NCBI GenBank assembly: GCA_938040365.1
Contig: CALHXU010000013.1
Coordinates: 1 to 60,466, forward strand
Reading direction: 5' to 3'
Length of the DNA stretch: 60,466 bases
Source: an uncultured Acidimicrobiales bacterium
GTDB taxonomy: Bacteria > Actinomycetota > Acidimicrobiia > Acidimicrobiales > SHLQ01
Below the pieces are notes generated by a model. The model saw only the letters and a program-made list of their open reading frames with translations, was not told the origin of the DNA and did not search any database. The position numbers were made by a program, and so were the translations under genes. Of the stretch, positions 44,149-52,836 are shown one piece after another. Each line of letters opens with the position of its first letter. Position 1 is the stretch's first letter.

Positions 44149-44941
44149 TGCGAACGCCCCACCATCTATTCCTCATGGCGAGCAGCACCGCAAGCGAAAT
44201 CACGACGAGGACGAGGCTGATCGCAACCGCCGCGTCGCGGTCGGATTCGAGCGCGACGAAGACTGCGAGCGGAAGTGTCTGCGTACGGCCTTGGAGGTTC
44301 CCCGCAAAGGTGACGGTCGCTCCGAACTCACCGAGCGCCCTCGCCCATGCCAAGACGATTCCAGCGCGCAGAGACGGCGCAATCGTTGGGATCGTCACAC
44401 GTCGAAACACGTGGAATGGCGACGCACCGAGGGTTGACGCAGCCCTTTCGTAGTCGCGATCGAGGCTTCGTAACGCGCCTTCAACCGTGACCACAAGAAA
44501 CGGCATTGCCACAAAGACGTTGGCGAGTATCACGCCCCACAACGAGAACGGGAGGAGAAGGCCGGTGGCTTCATTCAGTGGTTCACCTACGAGACCTCGG
44601 CGCCCGAGCGCAAAGAGCAGCGCGGCGCCACCAACCACGGGCGGAAGCACCATTGGCAGCGTCACAACGGCCCGCAGCACCCCAAGGCCTGGCAGGTCGA
44701 GGCGAGCGAGCATCCAGGCGAGCGGAACCCCCAAGATGACAGAGATCGCCGCTGCGGCGAGCGAGGTGATCAACGAAACTCGAAGCGCGTCAACGACCGT
44801 ATCGTTACTCACCAATTCGAGGAGGTTCGTCCACGGCGTATTGGCGAAGAGACCGACGAGCGGAAGGACAAAGACGGCGGCGCCAACCAGTCCGAGGATC
44901 ACCAGAACAGCGGGCGGACGCTCGCGTATCCGACGCGTCAT
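44141..44941 (-). CDS. modB: molybdate ABC transporter permease
   Basis: 266 aa, about 5-6 TM, EAA-loop region (ERAASTLGASPFHVFRRVTIP), sulfate/molybdate permease type. Confidence 0.85.
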   Translation of the reverse strand: MTRRIRERPPAVLVILGLVGAAVFVLPLVGLFANTPWTNLLELVSNDTVVDALRVSLITSLAAAAISVILGVPLAWMLARLDLPGLGVLRAVVTLPMVLPPVVGGAALLFALGRRGLVGEPLNEATGLLLPFSLWGVILANVFVAMPFLVVTVEGALRSLDRDYERAASTLGASPFHVFRRVTIPTIAPSLRAGIVLAWARALGEFGATVTFAGNLQGRTQTLPLAVFVALESDRDAAVAISLVLVVISLAVLLAMRNRWWGVRNG

Positions 44942-45720
44942 CGTCCCGGTCCAAAACCAAAGCCGGAAAGCACTTCAGCGGCGTCGTTCGACAAGACGAA
45001 GTCGACAAACGCCTGGGCACCCGCCGAATTCGGTGCATCGGTGAGCGTCGCAACTGGGTAGCTCGCAACCGCTCGGTCGACGTCATCGCTAGAGCCGTCG
45101 GCAGTGACGAGGGTGATCGAGCGAACGGCATCGTTCGCAGCCAACACATCGGTCGCGTACACGACACCAGCATCGATCTCGCCCAACTCGATCTTTGTGA
45201 GCAACGCCCGCACGTCGGGTTCGTTCGTATCGATGCTCGGCTCGACCCCGAGGTTGGCCAACGCCTCGCGCGCCAGCCCCCCACACGGCACACTTGCTGC
45301 GCACAAACCAACGATCAGGTCGGGGCGTTCGAGGTCGACCGGCGCCGTGACCGAACCCGGATTGTCCGCAGGAACCGCAATGGTGAGGGCATTCGTCGCA
45401 AAGATCGATGCTGGACCGGTAGCGAGTCCTTCGTCGATCAGGCTCTGCACGATCTCTTCGTTGGCCGTCGCAATCACATCTGCCGGCGCACCTTGCCTGA
45501 CCTGCTCTCGCAGCGACGAGCTTCCACCGAGGTTCAATTCGAGATCGAACTCGGGGTGGAGTGCTTCGAAGTCGGCCTCGAGTTCGGCGAAGGCATCGGT
45601 GAGCGATGCAGCGGCAAACACCGACACGGTCTCCTCAGCATCGTTTCCACCCGCACAGCTGGCCAGCCCAGCGCCGAGCATCACAACGCCCACGAGTTTC
45701 CATGGGCGAGAAACGATCAT
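44938..45720 (-). CDS. modA: molybdate ABC transporter substrate-binding lipoprotein
   Basis: Lipobox GLASCAG, VFAAASLTDAF and GGSSSL motifs of ModA. Confidence 0.85.
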   Translation of the reverse strand: MIVSRPWKLVGVVMLGAGLASCAGGNDAEETVSVFAAASLTDAFAELEADFEALHPEFDLELNLGGSSSLREQVRQGAPADVIATANEEIVQSLIDEGLATGPASIFATNALTIAVPADNPGSVTAPVDLERPDLIVGLCAASVPCGGLAREALANLGVEPSIDTNEPDVRALLTKIELGEIDAGVVYATDVLAANDAVRSITLVTADGSSDDVDRAVASYPVATLTDAPNSAGAQAFVDFVLSNDAAEVLSGFGFGPGR

Positions 45721-45800
45721 TACCCGACTATACGTCTGGGAGCGGTTTCGATCGACTCAGTGCTGGTTCAGTACTGAGTCTCAGCCGCCGCACTAGGTCT

Positions 45801-46772
45801 TCAGTGGTGTGCGGCGGCGCCCTCTTTTTGAGGAAGCGCCGACTTGATGGCATAGATAATCGCACCGAGGATGAAGCCGATAATCGCCGACGCGAGGGTG
45901 TTCCCAACCCATCCGAGCAACCCGCCGAGGATCGGTGAACCTGCGAGCCATCCTTCGAAATCGGTGATTGGGCCGTAGATGCCATCCCAGTTGATCGGGG
46001 ACTCGTGCGTTCCAACGAGGATGATGTGCCCACCAACCCACAACATCGCCGCAGTGCCAATGATCGTGAGCCACTTGAGCAAGATCGGCATAAACGCCAC
46101 CAGCGCGGCGCCGGTCTTCTTCGACGCCGCATCATCGCGCTGGGTCATGGCGAGGCCGACGTCGTCCATCTTGACGATTAATGCGACAGCGCCGTACACG
46201 ACGACGGTGATCAGGACCGCAATCGCCGCCAGGGTGAATCCCTGCTGCACGATTCCGGTGTCGGCGGCACCCTCTTCTTCCAACAGCGCCTTCGACGCAA
46301 TGACCATGATCTCAGCCGACAGAATGAAATCGGTCCGGATCGCCCCCTTGATCGTCTTCTCTTCAGCTTCAGGCCCCTGCAGCGCCACCGGTGCGCCGTG
46401 ATCTTTGTCCTCGTGTCCCTGGATCGCATGAATGATCTTGTGCGCGCCTTCGTAACAGAGGAAGGCACCGCCGAACATCAAGATGATGTTGATCGCGTCG
46501 GGCAAGAACTCGCTCAAGATAAGCACGACCGGGAGAATGAACAGCAGCTTGCTCTTGAGCGAGCCGGTTGCGATCCGCTTGATGATCGGCAGCTCACGGT
46601 CGGCTGCGAGGCCTTGCACATAGGCCGGCGTCACCGCAGCATCATCGATCACGACCCCGGCGGCCTTCGCGCTCGCCTTCGCCGCCGCGACACCAACGTC
46701 ATCGACCGACGCCGCCGCGAGCTTCGCCAAGGCAGCTACGTCATCTAGAAGTCCAACTAGGCCACCGGCCAT
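45801..46772 (-). CDS. DUF808 (YedI-like) inner membrane protein
   Basis: LLDDVAALAKLAAASVDDV...VVIDDAAVTP...ELPIIKRIATGSLKSK is the DUF808 N-terminal pattern, followed by several TM segments. Confidence 0.75.
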   Translation of the reverse strand: MAGGLVGLLDDVAALAKLAAASVDDVGVAAAKASAKAAGVVIDDAAVTPAYVQGLAADRELPIIKRIATGSLKSKLLFILPVVLILSEFLPDAINIILMFGGAFLCYEGAHKIIHAIQGHEDKDHGAPVALQGPEAEEKTIKGAIRTDFILSAEIMVIASKALLEEEGAADTGIVQQGFTLAAIAVLITVVVYGAVALIVKMDDVGLAMTQRDDAASKKTGAALVAFMPILLKWLTIIGTAAMLWVGGHIILVGTHESPINWDGIYGPITDFEGWLAGSPILGGLLGWVGNTLASAIIGFILGAIIYAIKSALPQKEGAAAHH

Positions 46773-46832
46773 CTCTAACTCTTTCGTTCGTCTCGTAGCG
46801 AGCCTAACCAGCCAACGGCTGCTACATCATCA

Positions 46833-49406
46833 CTACAGGGCACTTCGTCCAGACGACGAGCTCTGCCAGACCGATGGGTCTGCATCTTGCACGAGGCGCG
46901 CCGGGTCGAGTTCTTCCATCGTCTGTTCGAGTACCCGACACCGAGAGCGAGCGTCGACGTATTTCCGGTACGCCTGGTGTGCCTTTGCATCGGTCGATTC
47001 GTAGAACGCTTCGAGGCTGGCCGTGTCTGCGCTTGGGTCGGCCTTTTTGAGTTCTTCGATCTCTTGGCGAGCGCTCTCGGCCTTGACCATAAGCACCGCC
47101 GACTCGTTGTCGAGCTCGTTCGCCCACTTGCGGGCCGCTTCGACCTTCTCGACCGCCTTTGCATAGTCGGCATAACCGCCGTCGTCAGCTTGGGCATCGA
47201 TCTCGACCTGTTCGGTCGCCAGTGCCATGACCGCGAGCGGAAGACTTTCGAGCACCATCCCGAGTGGCGACTCGAACGGCCCGATAGCTCGGCCGCGATG
47301 AATACGAAGCGGCGCCATTGCCATGGTGGCGCCCGACATTGCCTCTGCGAACGAGGCTGCGGTGCCATCGACTTCGCGGACCTCAGCGTCGATGCGTCCG
47401 GCTTCCAGCACGCTGCGAACGTGCTCGGGATCGTCTTCTTCGGTGCTCGGCGGCACGTAGACGATGATTTGTGCGTCTTTCCATTCGTCGTGTCGCTGAC
47501 ACAGCCAACCGAGCAACGTGATGAACTGGCCGACCTTGTCGTTCGACCACCACAGGGCAATCGTGCGTTCCTTGCGAGGGGTGTCCTCGAAACGCTCCCA
47601 TTTCTCTTTGCTCGCATGGAGTACCGCCACGTTGGTGCCGAAGCGAACACACCCCTGGAGCATTCGCCCGTACCGTTCCTGCTCATCGTCACCGCCGCGC
47701 AGGTCACGAACGCCAAACACGGCGGTGTTTGGTTGCACGGTTCCGAGGCCGTGGGATTGGATGAGCGTCTGCACGCCGAGCTCGGCGTTTTCGACCATGA
47801 CGGTGCGGGCAAAGCCACCCGGAGCAATTTCGGCGACCTCGTGGGTGAGGTCGGCTTCGATCTCATCTGCGCGCTTGCGTAGCTGCGGGCCGCGACCCTC
47901 GATGAGACGAACCGCGGTGAGGAAGCCAGAGTCCCCCTCGATCCATGATGCCATCTGGATTATGCGCTTTCGCCGGTACGGGTCGCGGGGAACGAACGCC
48001 AAGATACTCGGGCGCCAATCCCGGTTGCTCGAGGGCTCCTCGCCAATGGCTTGAATGTGATGGCGGGCCTTGGTGAAGTGATGCGAACCCGAACTGTCGG
48101 CCCAACGGTCGGGGGTGTCGCGGTTGCGAAGGTAGTTGTACAAACCCACGAGCACGAGAGCGGCGAGCAGACCTGTCACGGGGTTGATCATCACAATCGC
48201 TACGACACACATGACCAAGCCCGCCAAGCTCAAGCGCGAATCGAACCACTTAAAGCTCGGGCGGAACGAGGTGGAGCCGGCACGGATCTCGAAGAACGTG
48301 GCGTAGTTGATCAATCCGTAGCTGGCCAGGAAGAACATCGAGATGATCGGCGCAATAGCGTTGAGATCGCCCGCGGCGATCGTGAGGAAGGCAATTCCGG
48401 TCGACAGCGCGAGGGCTCGGCGAGGGTTGTTGAGGGGGCCTGCTCCGACCTCGAAGAACTCGAGCCTCGGAAGCACGCGATCTTCGCCAAGCCGCTGCAA
48501 CACCCGAGGGCCACCGAGAGCCGACGCCAGTGTGGAGGAGAGTGTGGCAGCGAGAACGCCGATCAGCAGGGTGCCTGAGACCAGCGATATATCGCCCATG
48601 ATCGTCGTGGATTCCGCGACGAGGGTCGCGGCGGGGGCAGAGCCAGCGAGCACGACGATCACAGCGATGTAGATCACGGTCGACACGCCGACGGCGAGGA
48701 ACGTTCCGCTCGTAATCGAACGACTCGGTTCTTTCAGCTCGCCCGACATCGCCACGCCCTGGCTAAACCCGGTCACTGCCGGGAAGAACAGTGCGAAGGC
48801 CTGCCAAAACCCGATCTCGCCAGTCCCGCCAGCAGCGTTCTCGGCGAAGAGTCCAGCATCGAAGTCGAGAATGCCTCCAGCGAAGAACGATGCCAGCGCA
48901 ATGACGAGCAAGATCATCACCACGTATTGGAGACGTGTTGCAAGGTCTGACCCAATTGCAGCCACGGCCACGAGCAACAAGACCAGAATCGCAGCAATAC
49001 CTCTGACGGCAAACGCGGACTCCCACCCAATTGCCGCGGCCAAGCCCTCCGCAAAGCCGATCGCATAGAACGCGATGGACACCGAGATGGCGAGGTACAG
49101 CACGACGCCCACCGCGCCGCCGAACTCGATACCGAGCGTGCGCGAGATCAGGAAGTACTCGCCGCCGCCGCGCACCTTCATGTTCGTGGCGACAACGGCC
49201 AGCGAGATGCTGGTAAGCACCGACACCGAGGTCGAGATCCCCAAAATGAGCAACGCTTGGACGAGACCAACCGCTCCCACCACCGACGGGACAAGCAGGA
49301 AGAGCACAAGGCCGAGGATCGTGAGGATGCTCGGAGTAAATACGCCACCGAAGGTCCCGAGGACGCCACCTGATTCGGGTACCGCCGCCTTCGTTTTTTG
49401 TGTCAT
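46833..49406 (-). CDS. APC-superfamily transporter, cation-chloride cotransporter (SLC12)-like, with large cytoplasmic C-terminal domain
   Basis: 857 aa with about 12 TM in the N-terminal 480 aa (amino-acid-permease fold). The C-terminal domain of about 370 aa resembles bacterial CCC homologs and ends in a coiled-coil-like segment. Confidence 0.7.
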   Translation of the reverse strand: MTQKTKAAVPESGGVLGTFGGVFTPSILTILGLVLFLLVPSVVGAVGLVQALLILGISTSVSVLTSISLAVVATNMKVRGGGEYFLISRTLGIEFGGAVGVVLYLAISVSIAFYAIGFAEGLAAAIGWESAFAVRGIAAILVLLLVAVAAIGSDLATRLQYVVMILLVIALASFFAGGILDFDAGLFAENAAGGTGEIGFWQAFALFFPAVTGFSQGVAMSGELKEPSRSITSGTFLAVGVSTVIYIAVIVVLAGSAPAATLVAESTTIMGDISLVSGTLLIGVLAATLSSTLASALGGPRVLQRLGEDRVLPRLEFFEVGAGPLNNPRRALALSTGIAFLTIAAGDLNAIAPIISMFFLASYGLINYATFFEIRAGSTSFRPSFKWFDSRLSLAGLVMCVVAIVMINPVTGLLAALVLVGLYNYLRNRDTPDRWADSSGSHHFTKARHHIQAIGEEPSSNRDWRPSILAFVPRDPYRRKRIIQMASWIEGDSGFLTAVRLIEGRGPQLRKRADEIEADLTHEVAEIAPGGFARTVMVENAELGVQTLIQSHGLGTVQPNTAVFGVRDLRGGDDEQERYGRMLQGCVRFGTNVAVLHASKEKWERFEDTPRKERTIALWWSNDKVGQFITLLGWLCQRHDEWKDAQIIVYVPPSTEEDDPEHVRSVLEAGRIDAEVREVDGTAASFAEAMSGATMAMAPLRIHRGRAIGPFESPLGMVLESLPLAVMALATEQVEIDAQADDGGYADYAKAVEKVEAARKWANELDNESAVLMVKAESARQEIEELKKADPSADTASLEAFYESTDAKAHQAYRKYVDARSRCRVLEQTMEELDPARLVQDADPSVWQSSSSGRSAL

Positions 49407-49429
49407 AAATTCGTGCGGGTCATGTGGGG

Positions 49430-50764
49430 TCAGTCAGCCGATGGGCTGATGATCTGTACTTGGGTGATCTTGCGTCCATCGACGCCAGCGACGGAGAGTT
49501 GATAACCGTCGTGTTCGACCCTAGTCGCTGTATCTGGAACTTCGCCCGTGTAGTCGAGGATGAGCCCGGCGATGGTCACGACCTCTGCGTGGCCGCGAAA
49601 CGTGTCACCGAAGTGTTCTTGAAGCTCGGCGACGGCGGTCTCACCGTCGACGATGAGAACACCGTTCTCGTCGGAGATGATCCATTCGGGGTCCTCCTCC
49701 ATGATTTCGTCGATCACGTCATCGAGTGACACAAAGCCAACGGTCGCGCCGTGTTCGTCGACCACGAGCGCTGCATGTCCGGCACCCCGCTTGAAATCTT
49801 CGAGCAAGTCTTCAGCCGAGGTCCGTGCCGCAACGACCGGCAAGGGCCGCACAATATCGACCAGCGAGGTGAAGGTCCCGAGCTGGCTGGAGCGAATGAA
49901 GTCCTTGATGTGCAACATTCCGACCACGTGATCGAGATCGCCATCGATGACCGGGTACCGGCTACGCGGTGAGTCGGCAATCGCTGCGGAAATCTCCTTC
50001 GCTCCGGCATCTTTGGGTATCGCAGCGATATTGGCCCGCGTAATCATGATCTCTTCGGCCGGACGCTCGTCGAGTTCGAAGATGTTGCGGATGAGGTCGC
50101 GCTGGAGCGTTCCGAGTTGGCCGCTGTCGGCCGACTCGTCGGTCACGATGCTCAACTCGTCACTCGTGAACAGAAACTGCTGTTTGTCCGGCTCGGGGAT
50201 GCGGAGCATTCGCATGAGTCCAAACGCAATCGAGTTGAGGACGAAGACCAATGGCTTGAACAAGGTACTGAAAAAGCGCATGACCGGGTTGAGCTTCACG
50301 CTGACCGATTCGGGAGCCTGCAGTGCCAACGCCTTTGGAATCATCTCGCCGAGCACGACGTGCAGGTAGGTGATCAACGCGAGCGCAATGCTGAAGCCAA
50401 TGAACAGGACCGCGCCTTCCGAGAGGCCACCCCAGTCGAGTAGCGGCTTTTCGATGACGAGCGCAATTGCGGGCTCACCGTACATGCCGAGGCCGATCGA
50501 GGCGATCGTGATGCCGAGCTGGGCGACTGCGATGTAGCTGTCCTTGCCCGCATGACGCTCGAAGAGATCGACGAGCCATTGGGCGGCGCCGCTCCCCCGG
50601 TCCGCAAGCGCTTCGAGACGGCCGACCTTTGCGCCGACGAGAGCGAACTCGGCAGCGACGAACAGTCCGTTCAATATGACGAGGACCATGATGACGACGA
50701 TCGGCAAGATGACGCCGCCGATCAGCGTGATCTCGATCTCTCCTGCTTCTGCAGCGAAGATCAT
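49430..50764 (-). CDS. CNNM/CorC-HlyC family protein (DUF21 + CBS pair + CorC_HlyC)
   Basis: N-terminal 4-TM DUF21 (NGLFVAAEFALV), a CBS pair, and a C-terminal transporter-associated domain. Confidence 0.85.
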   Translation of the reverse strand: MIFAAEAGEIEITLIGGVILPIVVIMVLVILNGLFVAAEFALVGAKVGRLEALADRGSGAAQWLVDLFERHAGKDSYIAVAQLGITIASIGLGMYGEPAIALVIEKPLLDWGGLSEGAVLFIGFSIALALITYLHVVLGEMIPKALALQAPESVSVKLNPVMRFFSTLFKPLVFVLNSIAFGLMRMLRIPEPDKQQFLFTSDELSIVTDESADSGQLGTLQRDLIRNIFELDERPAEEIMITRANIAAIPKDAGAKEISAAIADSPRSRYPVIDGDLDHVVGMLHIKDFIRSSQLGTFTSLVDIVRPLPVVAARTSAEDLLEDFKRGAGHAALVVDEHGATVGFVSLDDVIDEIMEEDPEWIISDENGVLIVDGETAVAELQEHFGDTFRGHAEVVTIAGLILDYTGEVPDTATRVEHDGYQLSVAGVDGRKITQVQIISPSAD

Positions 50765-52083
50765 TTGCTCGCCCCCTCGCTCTCGTCAGCGGCGGGCTTT
50801 TCGGCTGACGGAACGAAACTGATTCGGTCGATTGCGTTGCCGTCGATGGAGTCGACCCGGAACGCAACGTCGGCGCCGGACAGCAACACCTCTTCGCCCA
50901 CCTTGGGAATTCGTGAGAGTTCGTGCCAGATCAGGCCACCGATCGTGTCGACGTCCTCGTCGGTGAGTTCGAGCTCGAAACGTTGGTTCACTTCTTCGAT
51001 CAGGACCTCGCCCGACATCGACACTCGGTCGCCTTGCACCACGATTGGATCTGGGTCGATATCGAACTCGTCACGCACCTCGCCAAAGACCTCTTCGAGG
51101 GCATCTTCGAGGGTGACCAAGCCAGCCACGTCGCCGTACTCGTTGATCACGAGCGCGCAGTGCTGGTCGGCCTCGTCGAGCCGTTTCCACAACATTGGCA
51201 CCGTGAGCGTCTCTGCCACCTCGAGCACCGGTCGAGTGATCGACTCGACTGCAGCGTCGGGATTGGACTGCGAACCAAGGTAGAGCCCGCGTAGATGCAC
51301 AATGCCGGTCACGTCATCGGGATTTGGCCCCCACACCGGGAAGCGGCTGTGCGGCGTCTCAACCACACGGGCGAGCGCATTACCGACCGCATCGCCCGAA
51401 CTCACGCCGACCAAGCGACGCCGTGGCGTCATGATCTCGCGAACGAGCCGGTCTTCGACGTTGAGCACTCCCGAGACCATGTCTCGTTCGGCCTTGTCGA
51501 TGAGGCCGCCCGCTGCACTCTCGTTGAACAGCGCGCGAAGCTCTTCTGATGAGTGGACGTGGCCATGGCCGTGATCGGCTTGCAGACGAAACAGACCCAT
51601 GATCCGAAACGCCGAACCGTTGAAGAACGCAACGAGCGGCCGAAGCAACGTTTGGCTGAGAAGCATTGGGCGTAGCGTCGCGAGCGCGAGGCGTTCGGGA
51701 TAGCGGAGCGCCGCAGTCTTTGGCAACAACTCACCCAAGACGACCTGTAGCGACGTCACTATGGCCAAGGTGACGATGATCGCGACGATGCGTCCTGCCG
51801 ACCCGAACCACGGTTCGAAGATCGGGGTGAGGCGGGCCTGGCCGACAATACCGGCGACCAAACTGCTGAGGGTGATGCCGACCTGACACGTCGCAACATA
51901 GTTGTCGAGCGCCTTTGGGTCCGAGACGATCGCAGACAGGGTTTTCGCAGGCTTTGAGCCGGCATCGGCTTCGGCCTGAATACGTGATTTACGAGCGCCG
52001 ACGGTTGCAAACTCGGCTGCAACATACAGTGCGTTGAGGGCGAGCATCACGATGATGATCGGGATGGTTAGCTCTAAGCCCAA
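50761..52083 (-). CDS. CNNM/CorC-HlyC family protein (paralog of the downstream gene)
   Basis: Same DUF21-CBS-CorC architecture (NALYVAAEFATV...). The stop overlaps the next gene's start (4-nt overlap). Confidence 0.85.
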   Translation of the reverse strand: MGLELTIPIIIVMLALNALYVAAEFATVGARKSRIQAEADAGSKPAKTLSAIVSDPKALDNYVATCQVGITLSSLVAGIVGQARLTPIFEPWFGSAGRIVAIIVTLAIVTSLQVVLGELLPKTAALRYPERLALATLRPMLLSQTLLRPLVAFFNGSAFRIMGLFRLQADHGHGHVHSSEELRALFNESAAGGLIDKAERDMVSGVLNVEDRLVREIMTPRRRLVGVSSGDAVGNALARVVETPHSRFPVWGPNPDDVTGIVHLRGLYLGSQSNPDAAVESITRPVLEVAETLTVPMLWKRLDEADQHCALVINEYGDVAGLVTLEDALEEVFGEVRDEFDIDPDPIVVQGDRVSMSGEVLIEEVNQRFELELTDEDVDTIGGLIWHELSRIPKVGEEVLLSGADVAFRVDSIDGNAIDRISFVPSAEKPAADESEGASK

Positions 52084-52183
52084 CTCGGCCTCGCGTAAGA
52101 TTTCGATTGCATCCCCAGATCATAGGTCTGCACAGCTCGTCTTGGCGTTCATTTCTCGCTTAGAGCCGGTCGAGGTCACGTAA

Positions 52184-52744
52184 CTAGAGCAGGTGGGCAA
52201 CTCGGTCGAGGAGGTGACGGCCGACGATTGCTAACCAGATCAGATACGGAAGCCCCACCGTGAGCACTGCGTATTTGAGCGGAATGAAGCGGCTGTACTG
52301 GACCGAGAACGTAAGCAACGTCGGGAACCAAAGACTGAACGCGAACACCGCAAACACCAAACCTGGACCGGTGATTTGGAGCAGCCCGGTAAAGAAATAC
52401 AGTACGGCGCCGAGCATCAGCACCGGCCGATGCGCAAGACCCACCGAAGTCAGGGTAGTGACGAGGTTTGGCTGATCGGCATTGGATCCAACACGTTTTG
52501 TGACCACTCCCCCGATGAACCAAATCGACGCGCCGAGGCCGAGCCAACCCCAGACGACAAAGAGCGCCAACTGCGCGAACTCTTGGGGAGAATGGATGAC
52601 GAGACCACCAAAGCGATTGAACGCGAGCACGATCGAGGTGCCAAACACCGTGAACGCCCCAACGAAGAACATCTCGGCACTGATCGACCGCCACCGACCC
52701 GGATGCAACGCAAAGAGGGTCTTCAGAGCCGTCATGGTTGCCAT
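52184..52744 (-). CDS. hypothetical 5-TM membrane protein (Yip1-like topology)
   Basis: 186-aa hydrophobic ORF with no diagnostic motif. Its first 14 nt are part of a duplicated 42-nt element. Confidence 0.5.
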   Translation of the reverse strand: MATMTALKTLFALHPGRWRSISAEMFFVGAFTVFGTSIVLAFNRFGGLVIHSPQEFAQLALFVVWGWLGLGASIWFIGGVVTKRVGSNADQPNLVTTLTSVGLAHRPVLMLGAVLYFFTGLLQITGPGLVFAVFAFSLWFPTLLTFSVQYSRFIPLKYAVLTVGLPYLIWLAIVGRHLLDRVAHLL

Positions 52745-52828
52745 ACAGTCAAACGTGGCGCTTGCGCCACACTCTCGGTCATGGCCGTCATGGTTGCCAT
52801 ACAGTCACTTGTGGCGCTAGCGCCACAC
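52731..52828 (+). repeat. two copies (56-nt period) of a roughly 42-nt element that includes the start codon region of the 52184-52744 gene
   Basis: GTCATGGTTGCCATACAGTCA-N4-TGGCGCTTGCGCCACAC at 52731-52772, and the same with one substitution (TGGCGCTAGCGCCACAC) at 52787-52828. Each carries the palindrome GTGGCGC-N-GCGCCAC. Confidence 0.9.
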
Positions 52829-52836
52829 GCCTTCCC

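Noticed and set aside
45721-45800. Moco riboswitch or ModE operator upstream of modA.
   Set aside because: The gap is only 80 nt, too short for a Moco aptamer. It lacks the conserved motifs. CGACTATACG is only a weak resemblance to a ModE half-site. The 8-bp hairpin GACTCAGT-N11-ACTGAGTC is more simply the terminator of the upstream DUF808 gene.
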